DNA of 40,101 nt, from the IMG/VR virus record IMGVR_UViG_3300048598_000591, positions 1 through 40,101 of that record; one strand, given 5' to 3'. This DNA comes from a virus. Lineage: Duplodnaviria; Caudoviricetes. The translations under genes and the position numbers were made by a program. The notes under the pieces are model-generated. The model did no database searches and was not told the origin of the DNA. It saw only the letters and a program-made list of their open reading frames with translations. Positions 18,474 to 27,307 of the stretch are shown piece by piece; the stretch's first letter is position 1, and each line of letters opens with the position of its first letter.

Positions 18474-19781
18474 TTACTGTTTCCGCGACCAGAATTCGCG
18501 GTTGGCTTTATTGACTTCTCCTATGCGGTTGCTGACGGTTTTCAGACCGGCGGCGATGCTGCTCCGCACGACGGTCGAGTTGTTGCTTCTGCCGACGAGC
18601 TCGGACGCGCCGACGAGCACGGCGTCGAGGGTTGCGACATCGAGGGTTGCGAAGTCCTTCACCGGTCCTCGGGTGAAGATCTCGATCGCCTTGCGTCCCT
18701 CGTCGGTCTTGTAGGCGCCTATGAGGACCTCACGTTTTGCGGCGTCAAGCGTTTTGAGGCTGTCCGCCTTGCTTTGGCTCGCGTCGAAGACGGGCATCTT
18801 GTGGCCCGGGAGGAGTACTTCCGCGCGGGAAGCGGCGTCCTTGAAGAGGGTGTCTCCCGCGTTCCTGTGCTCGCTTTCTTCATCTTCATTCGTCTCGGTC
18901 TCCTTCCGACGCCGCTTTTCGGGATCCTCTTCGGTGGAATCGCCGAAACGTTTCCTGAACTCGTCCATCATGGCGTGCACTTCCTTGTCGGACTCGACGA
19001 GCTGCTCGAGGGTTGTCTCGATCTTGCTGAGACGCTCCTCGGTCCCGTCCTCGTCTTTCGCGACGCAGTCCTCGAGGTCCTTTTTGACCTCCTCTTTTTC
19101 TTCCTCGCTCGCGTCCTTCCAGAACCCCTTGAAAGCCGCGACCGCTTCTTTCAACGTCTTCATAGGTGTTTCCTCCTTTTGGGAATCCATGATCACGCAC
19201 CGGTCCCCGGCGCGCCCGTTTCTCACGATGGCCACGTGGTTGCCGATAATGTTGACGAGCTTCAAAAGGCCGGGGCCGAGGACCATGTATCTGCCCCGAT
19301 AGCCGCATGAGACCGCTCTGCGTCTTTTCGTCTCCACCTCGTTTATGGCTTCCTCGTCCGCGATGAGAAGATCGGCGAGGAGCAGGTCGTCCTGGTCGTC
19401 TTGTCCCCGCCGGACGTTTTGCAGATTGCCCTTGGCGAAGTCCTTCCAGATCAATGGATCGAGCAGAAACTCCAAAGGATGGTCGAGGATGACCGGCTTG
19501 CCCTCGAAAGACTCGATCGTCTGAGGACTGAACACCTCGTCCGGCTCTCTCAACACGGTAATAAGGCCCCGCTCGTCCGCCTCGACGTCTTTGAGCCACG
19601 GCATGAGGGCGAGATCGAAGGCGTTCTTCGTGTTGTAGACCAGCGTCCCCGTGCGCGCGATCGGCACATCCGAACAGACGAGAAAGCCATCGGGCGTTTT
19701 CGCAATGCGCGGGCTTATCTGCTCGGTCACATAGAAGCCGAACGACGTGCCGTCGAGGGCGATCCGTTCCATCCCTGTCAT
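18474..19781 (-). CDS. Prohead protease/scaffold (DUF2213-like)
   Basis: TPDGFLVC.DVPIARTG..Y, SFEGKP...HP, SCGY, NHVAIV..GRAG; acidic scaffold-like C-terminus. Confidence 0.9.
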   Translation of the reverse strand: MTGMERIALDGTSFGFYVTEQISPRIAKTPDGFLVCSDVPIARTGTLVYNTKNAFDLALMPWLKDVEADERGLITVLREPDEVFSPQTIESFEGKPVILDHPLEFLLDPLIWKDFAKGNLQNVRRGQDDQDDLLLADLLIADEEAINEVETKRRRAVSCGYRGRYMVLGPGLLKLVNIIGNHVAIVRNGRAGDRCVIMDSQKEETPMKTLKEAVAAFKGFWKDASEEEKEEVKKDLEDCVAKDEDGTEERLSKIETTLEQLVESDKEVHAMMDEFRKRFGDSTEEDPEKRRRKETETNEDEESEHRNAGDTLFKDAASRAEVLLPGHKMPVFDASQSKADSLKTLDAAKREVLIGAYKTDEGRKAIEIFTRGPVKDFATLDVATLDAVLVGASELVGRSNNSTVVRSSIAAGLKTVSNRIGEVNKANREFWSRKQ

Positions 19782-19782
19782 G

Positions 19783-20397
19783 CTATATCTCCTCGAACTC
19801 CACCTCGTACGAGATCACGCCGCTCGTGGGTACCGAGCCGCCGTTGAAGTTGATGGCCGCTCCCTGGGTCACGCCGCGCAGAATCAAAGGCTTGTCGTTA
19901 TTCGCGGCAAAATCGAAGACGACGGTACCCGCGGCCCCGGCCACGCCGAAGTTGAGCTTTTTCGTCCGCAGCGAGATCCCCGCGCCCAGGGTTGGATTTG
20001 CCGTGTAAAGGACGGGCGAGGCCGTATTGGCGGAGTCCAGGGAATCGAACTTGCCCGCGGTCGGAAATGTGGCAGTCGTGCCCGTGTTCGCGGCCGTGCG
20101 CTTGACGATCGACACGTCCATGGTTCCCGCCGACGCGGCGACTCCGGAGACGATGATCTTGCGCACCTTGACGACTTTGGTCGCGGATCCCCAGAGGACG
20201 ACAACGTCGGTAGGGGTGGATGCCGGTGTTATGGCGACGCCCGAGACCGAGTAAACCGGGTTCGGGTTGTCGAGGGGGATCGCGTACGTGGCCGACGAAG
20301 GGCCTGCGGCTCGGGCCGGACCCGGCGCGGTCATGAAGGCGAAGAGGACCGCCACGAGCAGGACGACGAGGGGAATGCTTTTTCTCAAGAGCATCAT
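19783..20397 (-). CDS. Secreted beta-rich Thr/Ser/Ala-rich protein (204 aa), possible capsid decoration
   Basis: Signal peptide ending PARA-A; coupled to upstream gene; beta-strand pattern ending YEVEFEEI. Confidence 0.6.
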   Translation of the reverse strand: MMLLRKSIPLVVLLVAVLFAFMTAPGPARAAGPSSATYAIPLDNPNPVYSVSGVAITPASTPTDVVVLWGSATKVVKVRKIIVSGVAASAGTMDVSIVKRTAANTGTTATFPTAGKFDSLDSANTASPVLYTANPTLGAGISLRTKKLNFGVAGAAGTVVFDFAANNDKPLILRGVTQGAAINFNGGSVPTSGVISYEVEFEEI

Positions 20398-21350
20398 GCG
20401 TTGTTACCTCCTTTTAATTGCGCCCCGATGAGGGCGAGATAGACGACGGTAATAAGGGCGAGCTGGGTGATGTGCCAGGGGAAGAAAGCCAGGGCCGCCA
20501 TGCAGGCCCCGACGAGACCGAAAAAGGGGACGCGGTCGCTGTTCTTGTAACCTTCCCGGAGGTATCGACCAAGAAAGGCCAGGGCGATACACATTCCCGC
20601 GATTCCGCCCCTGAAGAGCCATTCGACGAATTCATTGTGTGCCTCCCTGAAGATCTCGCCTCCCGCGGGTACCCGGATATTGACGAAGCCCCAACCGACG
20701 ACCGGGTGCGCCATGGTCGCTTTTATGAGAACCGTCCATACCTGGACCCTGCCGGCAATGTGGTCCAAAACGTGATAAGAAGCGGCGGAGCTGACGAGAG
20801 GCGAAGCCATTAAAAGGCCCGCGGAGGCAACGGGGATTAACAGCTTTCGTCGGCCCCGCCGGAAACAGACGGGGATGATCATGAGATAGAGGGCAAAGAC
20901 CTCGTCGGGGTTTGCCATGAGGCCGGGCAGCGCCGCTTCGGCACCGGGTATCGGGCGAAGGGGCGCCCAGATCCCGAAGTACTGCAGGACCTGGAACACG
21001 AGATTGACGCCGGCGACGACGAGAAGGCCGTCATAAATCAAATCGATCCGGCCCGCCCAATGTTTGCGCGTCTCGACGATCGCGACGAAGAGGACCGAAA
21101 AGCAAAGCAGGGAAACGAGGGTAAAGAAGTCCCCGCCCCTGAAGACCTCGAAGGCGGCAAAGAGCATGAGGGCTCCAGCTGACGCGCTCACGGTGAAAAG
21201 CGTGTAGGCGCCGATCGCGACAAAGAGGACAAAAGTCAGATTGGCGACGCCCTGGTCGCGTGGGTCGGTGCCGTTCGGGACGATCATGAGGCAACCGACG
21301 AGAAGGACGAAGAGAAGGATCCACTTGATCGAGGCCGTCCTATGCCGCAT
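20394..21350 (-). CDS. O-antigen ligase / O-oligosaccharyltransferase (Wzy_C)-like polytopic membrane protein
   Basis: Many TM segments; GLMANP, R.QVW......HPVVGWG and EAHNEFVEWLFRGGIAG motifs of the WaaL/PglL fold; compact at 318 aa. Confidence 0.8.
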   Translation of the reverse strand: MRHRTASIKWILLFVLLVGCLMIVPNGTDPRDQGVANLTFVLFVAIGAYTLFTVSASAGALMLFAAFEVFRGGDFFTLVSLLCFSVLFVAIVETRKHWAGRIDLIYDGLLVVAGVNLVFQVLQYFGIWAPLRPIPGAEAALPGLMANPDEVFALYLMIIPVCFRRGRRKLLIPVASAGLLMASPLVSSAASYHVLDHIAGRVQVWTVLIKATMAHPVVGWGFVNIRVPAGGEIFREAHNEFVEWLFRGGIAGMCIALAFLGRYLREGYKNSDRVPFFGLVGACMAALAFFPWHITQLALITVVYLALIGAQLKGGNNA

Positions 21351-22221
21351 AGCGTTCCTCCATCCCCGAGATCTGCGCGAAGCCTTTCCTCGTCATCGGC
21401 TGCAGGCGGCCCGCGTAGAAGACCCTGCAGGGCCACTTCACCTGGTCGAGTCTGATTAAGGGCTCGGGGTAGCAGCGGCAGTTGGGACAGTTTCCCGCAT
21501 GATAGGCGCCAAGGGTGGACTTTATGCCTCGCAGCGCTTCCGGCTCCGGAGCCTCCGACCAGGGGACAATGACCCGGTTCATGAGCCAGTGCGCCGGCCT
21601 CACGCGGGCGTCTCTCGTGGCTCGCCACACGTACCAGTCAAGGGCAAGGTGCTCGCAGCGCGCCTGGGTGAGGGCCGTCGCGGCCTTCGACGTTTCCGTG
21701 CGGGCGATGAGGTTGATGCGCCCCTCGGCGACCTTGGGGTACTGCCGGAGAAGATCGTTGATGATGGCGGAGGACCTCCGCCCTTTGAACGTTTCCTGGG
21801 CGACGAACTGGGCGACCTGTTCGGTGAACGTGGGGCCCCTGCCAACTCTCATTTGACCGAAGGAGGTAATGAGGCGGGCGTTTTCCCTGACCAGGGCTCG
21901 GACCTTATCGCCCACCGGGCCGGAAAGCTCCCGGGAGAGGCTCGCATAAAGCTCCCGGCCTCTCATGCCCATGCGCGCCGCTTCCAGCCAGCTTTTGGCC
22001 CCGTCGTGGAAGAGGCCCGTGATCATCCTCGAGGCGGCGGCGAAGGCCTGCTCCTGGAAGAAGCTCGAGCCGTAAAACTCCCGGAGCGCATCGAGGATCT
22101 CCCGGGAGTCGGCAAGGTCCAAAGGTTCGACGATCGAAACGAACTGATTCATGAGGCCCTTGAGCGCTTTTTTGTAGCTACTTTCGATTCTCATCGAGGG
22201 CTGCCAGTCGTCGTGGATCAT
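21340..22221 (-). CDS. Head morphogenesis protein (Mu F / SPP1 gp7-like)
   Basis: LIARTETSKA, YVWRAT.D.RVR..H, HAG.CPNCRCYPEP. Confidence 0.9.
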   Translation of the reverse strand: MIHDDWQPSMRIESSYKKALKGLMNQFVSIVEPLDLADSREILDALREFYGSSFFQEQAFAAASRMITGLFHDGAKSWLEAARMGMRGRELYASLSRELSGPVGDKVRALVRENARLITSFGQMRVGRGPTFTEQVAQFVAQETFKGRRSSAIINDLLRQYPKVAEGRINLIARTETSKAATALTQARCEHLALDWYVWRATRDARVRPAHWLMNRVIVPWSEAPEPEALRGIKSTLGAYHAGNCPNCRCYPEPLIRLDQVKWPCRVFYAGRLQPMTRKGFAQISGMEERYAA

Positions 22222-22396
22222 GCAACCCTCCGAAGGATGTTTTGGGTAAAGAGGTTTGATATCGAAAATGAGGCCTTGGACAACCTCCGTAGGACGCGCA
22301 GGATCGTCCTAGACCCTGTCAACCGCCTGTCAACCGGTTTAGCCGACCGAATCATCGGGTACGGGGTAAAAATCGATTCTGGGGCAATTTTGGCGG

Positions 22397-24058
22397 TCAG
22401 TCGTTCCAAGGCTGCCCTCCGTTGATGCTCATGACCTGAAATGCCCCGTCTCCGTCGAAGCCGAAGCGCTGGGGATCCCTATCCGGATCGACAATAACAG
22501 TGAACGAATGACCGGGGTTCGCAGTAGCGGCCAAGTGTTTCAGGAGCTTCATCAGACTTCCATCGGGGTCCTTGAGCCTGACGTCGACGGTTTGCTCGTC
22601 GACATTGTCCTGCGTCTGCCCCTCGAACCCGGGGATCTCCAGGCCAACCTCTCCTTTCGGCTCGACGTCGTCGCTCGCCGCCTCGATCGTCTCATCGGTG
22701 ATATTCGAGAAGATCCCCGTGGTTTTGCTCGACTGTCTGAGCTCCTTAAGGGCCGTCTTCCTGCCGATGACTCCGGAGTTGACCGACTCGTTCACGCTAT
22801 CGGAAACCGTCTTCGCCATCTCGACCTTTTCCTTGTCCTGCATCTGCCAGAGGCTCCGGAAGGCAAAGTCGAAGTCCTCGGGGAGGGGTTTTCCCAGGAC
22901 CGACATGGAGATAACCGGGTAGATCTTCTCGGCGAGGGCGGGAGCCAAATCCGTTTCCTGGCGGGAGTTGATTTCGTCGTAATAGTTGCGCAGGTCCGAT
23001 TCCCCTGTTGCATTGAGGCCGGCGGGTGCCATGCCAAACATGCGAACGAGGGGAATGTGTGCGGCTCCGGAGACCTGCTGCCCGAGCTGCATGAGGACGT
23101 CGGAGAGGCCCGAGAAAGTGTAGGACTGCGCCCAGAATTCGTCGTCCCCGTCGAGAAGCGTGAGGCCTTCATTGGTCTGGAAGCGACGGATGTAGTCGAA
23201 CATCTTGATCACCGCTTCTTCCTGGGCCCCGCCGGCGGTGAGGGCCTCCCGCAGGCTTTTGACCTTTACGCCGCGCAGGTGGGCCTTGAAGACGAGCTGC
23301 GCCATGCCGATCGTGGCCGAGTCAAACGCCATGAGGCGGTCGTGCATACGCTCGACCTCGGAGATCCCCCAGCCGTTCTCCATTTTCTTGCCGTAGTAGT
23401 TGAGCTCAATGCCATCGAAACGGACGACCCGGGAGTGGTGGATCCGCACGTTCGGCAGTGCCGCGGCGTCGCCGATCACGGAATAGTACTTGGGCATGCC
23501 GAGGTCGATGCCGAACTCGGTGATAAGGTCTTCCAGCGAGGGTTGCACGAGCCAGCGATCGAGGACGAGGAAACCCTTGAACTGCCCCTTTCGTATCGTC
23601 TCGACGCGGAGCGGCGTGTCCAATTTCTGTTGGTCGATGAGCATGACCGCGAGGCCTCCGCCGAAGAGGCGTGACCACTTGATTGCCGAGCAGAGGGAAC
23701 GCCACACGCGCAGACGTTTCATGGCCCGGTCGATCTGGGCGATCTCCTTGGGGTCCATCTGGGAGACGATCTCGGCGCCCTTCTTCGTCATATCCTCGGC
23801 GACCGCGTCGACGACCTTACCGACAATCCACGATCCCCGGTAAGCCGCCTCGAGCTCCTGACGGTTGCGCGAGAGAAAGGGGCCGAAGGAGTAATGACCG
23901 CCCGAGAGCTGGTTGTCAGCCTGTAGGCCGAGCTTGGCCATGAAGTTGACGAAGCCGTCGAAGGTGGCTCTCTCGAAGACGATGTTCTTGCCCTGGACCG
24001 TGCCTTTGAGCTGGTAAGGGGTGACAGGCGCGACTGCGGGGACTTTCTTTCTTGCCAT
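22397..24058 (-). CDS. Portal protein (DUF1073-like) with extra C-terminal domain
   Basis: YRGSWIVGKVVDAVAEDMT, WSRLFGG, IHHSRV.RF.G, IPLVRMFG.AP.GLNATGESDLRNYYD, F.SLWQ. Confidence 0.9.
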   Translation of the reverse strand: MARKKVPAVAPVTPYQLKGTVQGKNIVFERATFDGFVNFMAKLGLQADNQLSGGHYSFGPFLSRNRQELEAAYRGSWIVGKVVDAVAEDMTKKGAEIVSQMDPKEIAQIDRAMKRLRVWRSLCSAIKWSRLFGGGLAVMLIDQQKLDTPLRVETIRKGQFKGFLVLDRWLVQPSLEDLITEFGIDLGMPKYYSVIGDAAALPNVRIHHSRVVRFDGIELNYYGKKMENGWGISEVERMHDRLMAFDSATIGMAQLVFKAHLRGVKVKSLREALTAGGAQEEAVIKMFDYIRRFQTNEGLTLLDGDDEFWAQSYTFSGLSDVLMQLGQQVSGAAHIPLVRMFGMAPAGLNATGESDLRNYYDEINSRQETDLAPALAEKIYPVISMSVLGKPLPEDFDFAFRSLWQMQDKEKVEMAKTVSDSVNESVNSGVIGRKTALKELRQSSKTTGIFSNITDETIEAASDDVEPKGEVGLEIPGFEGQTQDNVDEQTVDVRLKDPDGSLMKLLKHLAATANPGHSFTVIVDPDRDPQRFGFDGDGAFQVMSINGGQPWND

Positions 24059-25695
24059 CAGCTCACCACCTTCACCCAGTCGACCAGGCCTGATTCATAG
24101 AGGCTCTTGAGCATCTCGACCGCGTCGGGGCCGTCGTCGTGGCCGCCCTTACCCCTCGGCCGGTAGTAGATGAACTGGTCGATGAGCTTTCTCATGCCCG
24201 TGCGCTTGAACCTGATCCAGCCGTTCTTGATCCACGGCTGGAGAGTGACGATGCGGAGGTCCTTGTCGACGTTGGGGCGGACGCCCTGGACATTGATGGT
24301 AAGTCCGCGCTTGTGGGCTTCTTTCTCGAAGGAATGCTTGAAGTACTCCTGAAACTGCACTTCCTCGATAACCAGTTTGAGGAAGGGGTCGACCTTGTGA
24401 TAGAGGAGGATGTCGTCGGTGATCTTGTCGGGGTGGCGCTTCTCGATGTCGCCGATCGTGAGGTAGATGACGTCGCCTTTCTTCTTTCCGCCGATGATCG
24501 CCGAAGGGTCGGCATTCTTCGACTTTTTGCCCATGGAAGGGTCGCAGGACCCCATATGAGGTATGCCGGCGAGGTCCACTTCGTCTTCCTCCCAGTACTG
24601 GATCCACTCCTCGAGAAAAACGGCATCCTCGGGGTTGATGGGTTCGTTCTGTTTCTCCGAGGCGAAGTAGGCGGGCCCCTCGGAGACCCTCATCTTCATG
24701 AGGTAGTAGTACGGCTCTCGATCTTCCCAGAGGACCGCGGTGCCTTCGAGCATCTCGTCGCGATGGGTGGCAAAGAAATCGTCCGCCCGTTCCTCGGCGA
24801 GCTCCTTGCCCACGGTTATATCAGAGAAGATCTGCTCCCACTTCTCCCAGAGCTTCGACTCCGACCACTCGATCACGGCCTTGAACTTGCGCCCCTTCCA
24901 ACCGGGCTTCGAGAGCAACTCGGAAAGAAGGCTCTGATAGTGAAGGATCGTGCCGATGACGATGTAGACCGTGTCGGGCTGGCCGATCTTCATGAGGGCC
25001 TTGAAGAACCACTTCTCGAGCTTCTTGCGCTGGTCGGCCGATTCGACAGCCTCGTCGTTCTCCAGGTCGTCGCCGATGACGAGATCGGGACGTCGGGATC
25101 CGTGGCGCATGCCTCTGAGCTTCTGGCCGGCGCCGGCGCCACGGATCTTTATGCCGGATCTCGTGATGATCGTGTCGGCGCGCCAGACGGGCCCCTCTCC
25201 GCACAGCTCGGGGAAGTCCTGTTTAAGCCGCTCATTCGTCTCGATCTCCATCTTGATGAAGGAGAGGAAGTCGATCGACTGGGCCGTCGTCTCCGACACA
25301 ATAAGCGGAAAGAAGCGGTACTTGAAGGCCGCGCACCAAATGGGGAGGATGAGCGTCGTCCAGGTCGACTTCGCGTTGCCCCTGGGCGCCGCGTCGGCTT
25401 CCCGATCGCCCTGGCCGGTGTCCTTGGCCTGGAAGATCATCCGGGGATAGCGGTCGCATATGTAGCGATGAAGGGCCGAAGTCGGCGAGCCGAGGTAATG
25501 GGGGAAGTACGTCTTCCCGAAGTACTCGAGGTCCGTCGAGCCTCGTTTGATGCGTTCGGCGCGCGCCTTCTTGTCGTCCGGAAAGGGCTTTGCGGACGAC
25601 TGGATGAGGGCGCGGAGCGCTTCCAACTCGCGGTTGAATAATTTGTCTTTAGTGACGGATGCCATGGGCCCCTTTATCCTCGACGCCTCGGTCAC
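24058..25695 (-). CDS. terL: Terminase large subunit (Mu/B3-type)
   Basis: Walker A APRGNAKST, LRG..HG..RPDLVIGDDLEND, GTILH, nuclease DPS and HDDGPDA. Confidence 0.93.
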   Translation of the reverse strand: MTEASRIKGPMASVTKDKLFNRELEALRALIQSSAKPFPDDKKARAERIKRGSTDLEYFGKTYFPHYLGSPTSALHRYICDRYPRMIFQAKDTGQGDREADAAPRGNAKSTWTTLILPIWCAAFKYRFFPLIVSETTAQSIDFLSFIKMEIETNERLKQDFPELCGEGPVWRADTIITRSGIKIRGAGAGQKLRGMRHGSRRPDLVIGDDLENDEAVESADQRKKLEKWFFKALMKIGQPDTVYIVIGTILHYQSLLSELLSKPGWKGRKFKAVIEWSESKLWEKWEQIFSDITVGKELAEERADDFFATHRDEMLEGTAVLWEDREPYYYLMKMRVSEGPAYFASEKQNEPINPEDAVFLEEWIQYWEEDEVDLAGIPHMGSCDPSMGKKSKNADPSAIIGGKKKGDVIYLTIGDIEKRHPDKITDDILLYHKVDPFLKLVIEEVQFQEYFKHSFEKEAHKRGLTINVQGVRPNVDKDLRIVTLQPWIKNGWIRFKRTGMRKLIDQFIYYRPRGKGGHDDGPDAVEMLKSLYESGLVDWVKVVS

Positions 25696-26207
25696 ACACC
25701 GTATTTTTCCTTTGCCCAGGACGCGAACTCGTCGAAGTTCTTCTCAATGACGCCCACGCTGTCGGGGTCGTGCTTCGAGAGGAACTGGACGAGATCTCGC
25801 ATGAATTCGAGAAAGAGCGTCGCCTTATGGGCGCTCGCTTTCATCTTGATGTCGAAAATCGACTTGATCACGCCCGTGTAAGCGAACATGGCCTGGTTGT
25901 CGACTCTGGCCTTTCCCAACGTCTTGAAGTACTCCTCGTAATGTTGCTGGACGCTCTCGAGAGACAATAGCGCCCTCCCTTCCGCCGACGCTGTTGCATC
26001 GTTCGCCTTCTGCTCTTCGGCGTCGGCCCTCGTTGCCCGCTCTTTCCAGGCGCCTTCATCCATCCAGGTATAGAGCGTGGGTTTACTCAGGGGGAAGCCT
26101 TCGGGGTGTTTGCGCAGCTCCCGGAGTGTTTGCTCGACGTTCTGGTTGGATGCGCGCCAGAGACGATAGGCGAGCTCCTTGTTCTCTGCGAGGTAGGACT
26201 TTCTCAT
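25692..26207 (-). CDS. Putative terminase small subunit
   Basis: N-terminal HTH-like LSKPTLYTW..W, helical body; overlaps terL start. Confidence 0.7.
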   Translation of the reverse strand: MRKSYLAENKELAYRLWRASNQNVEQTLRELRKHPEGFPLSKPTLYTWMDEGAWKERATRADAEEQKANDATASAEGRALLSLESVQQHYEEYFKTLGKARVDNQAMFAYTGVIKSIFDIKMKASAHKATLFLEFMRDLVQFLSKHDPDSVGVIEKNFDEFASWAKEKYGV

Positions 26208-26212
26208 TTCCC

Positions 26213-26512
26213 TTAGAACCTCACGTCGATGCCGCAGTCCGGCCGGAAGGAGTCGAGCACGTCGAGGCCGTCCGCGGTGATGGTCGCCATGACGATCTCC
26301 ACTCCCGAGGTCGCCCGCTTGTCGATCTTCACACAGCCCTTTTCCTCGAGGTAGACGAGATGGCTCGTGAGCTCTTCCTCGGTCATGGTGAAGCGAAGAT
26401 CGTCGAGGAGCCTGTGAAGAACCGCGAAATCGATCGGGCCGGGGTGCTCGTGGGCGAGGAGTTTGAGAATCGCGCCCCGGATGCGCTTGTAGCGTTCCCT
26501 TTTGACGTCCAT
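26213..26512 (-). CDS. Mu gp26-like winged-helix protein
   Basis: R.AILKLL..L.YLEEKG.V..ATITADGLDV; conserved position before small terminase. Confidence 0.7.
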   Translation of the reverse strand: MDVKRERYKRIRGAILKLLAHEHPGPIDFAVLHRLLDDLRFTMTEEELTSHLVYLEEKGCVKIDKRATSGVEIVMATITADGLDVLDSFRPDCGIDVRF

Positions 26513-26513
26513 A

Positions 26514-26822
26514 TTATCCGCGCTCCTCTATGGTCTCGACTTTCTCGGCAATGTACTTGAGTAGGATCGTCATCTCCCTGTGGTCCTTGTTGTCCCGGTT
26601 CACAAAATTGTCGATGCAGGCGCGGAGGCCTTCCGTTCCCTGCGCCATGCGCGCGAGCGATTCCGCCTGGGCCTTCTGGGCGGAGATAAAGTCCCTCCCG
26701 AGCGACATGAATCCCTCGACCGCTTTTCCGCCCAGCTTGTAAAGGGTCCAGATGATAAGGGCGGCGATCAGCATGCCGGGACCCCAGAAGGCGAGGGACT
26801 TGAAAATCTCGGCCCAGTTCAT
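26514..26822 (-). CDS. Membrane-anchored coiled-coil protein
   Basis: N-terminal TM then heptad region; Mu gp25-like position. Confidence 0.55.
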   Translation of the reverse strand: MNWAEIFKSLAFWGPGMLIAALIIWTLYKLGGKAVEGFMSLGRDFISAQKAQAESLARMAQGTEGLRACIDNFVNRDNKDHREMTILLKYIAEKVETIEERG

Positions 26823-27043
26823 TTGTCCGCCTTCGTTCCGCAGTCGCGGTAGATCTCCCTGAGGTACCCGCCCGAGATCGCATACCAGCCCGGCCTCGGC
26901 TCCGATCCTTTCGACAGGTCCACGATCTCGCGGCTATCGGGAATCGCTATTACTTTTGGCGCGCACGCTGTCGTAACGCTGAGACAGCAGGCGAGTAATA
27001 GCAGCGGTATCGTTCGCAGCGATCGCTTCGTCGAAGTTCTCAT
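26819..27043 (-). CDS. Putative o-spanin lipoprotein
   Basis: Basic N-terminus, hydrophobic stretch, Cys lipobox candidates, short Pro-containing mature part; overlaps upstream TM gene in another frame. Confidence 0.6.
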   Translation of the reverse strand: MRTSTKRSLRTIPLLLLACCLSVTTACAPKVIAIPDSREIVDLSKGSEPRPGWYAISGGYLREIYRDCGTKADK

Positions 27044-27134
27044 TGGACCTCCCTATCCGCGCGTCCTTGCCGGCGAGCAGCTCGTAAAGGATCGGACCGA
27101 AGAATGCGATGATGGACAGAATAGTCGAAATCAT
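26934..27134 (-). CDS. Putative short i-spanin
   Basis: N-terminal TM plus short helix; 110-bp overlap with lipoprotein gene, Rz/Rz1-like layout. Confidence 0.5.
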   Translation of the reverse strand: MISTILSIIAFFGPILYELLAGKDARIGRSNENFDEAIAANDTAAITRLLSQRYDSVRAKSNSDSR

Positions 27135-27304
27135 TGCGGCTCCCTGCCTTCGAGCACGTCGGCGACATACCCCATGAGTTTTTCCATGAAGGCCTGGAAC
27201 TTTTCCTGAGGGATGGGCTCATCATCTTTGACTGAGTCGATCGTTCCCTCACCGGCCTTCGCTACCATGGCCAGGCACACCGCCGCCGTGCTGAAGCCGC
27301 TCAT
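27131..27304 (-). CDS. Hypothetical protein (57 aa), not in ORF track
   Basis: MSGFSTAAVCLAMVAKAGEG...EGREPQ; fills the gap and is ATGA-coupled to the next gene. Confidence 0.5.
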   Translation of the reverse strand: MSGFSTAAVCLAMVAKAGEGTIDSVKDDEPIPQEKFQAFMEKLMGYVADVLEGREPQ

Positions 27305-27307
27305 GGT

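Noticed and set aside
22397-24058. Anti-CBASS Acb1 annotation sometimes attached to DUF1073 proteins
   Set aside because: Position and motifs indicate a portal; no clear pair of HxT/S motifs forming a 2H phosphoesterase domain
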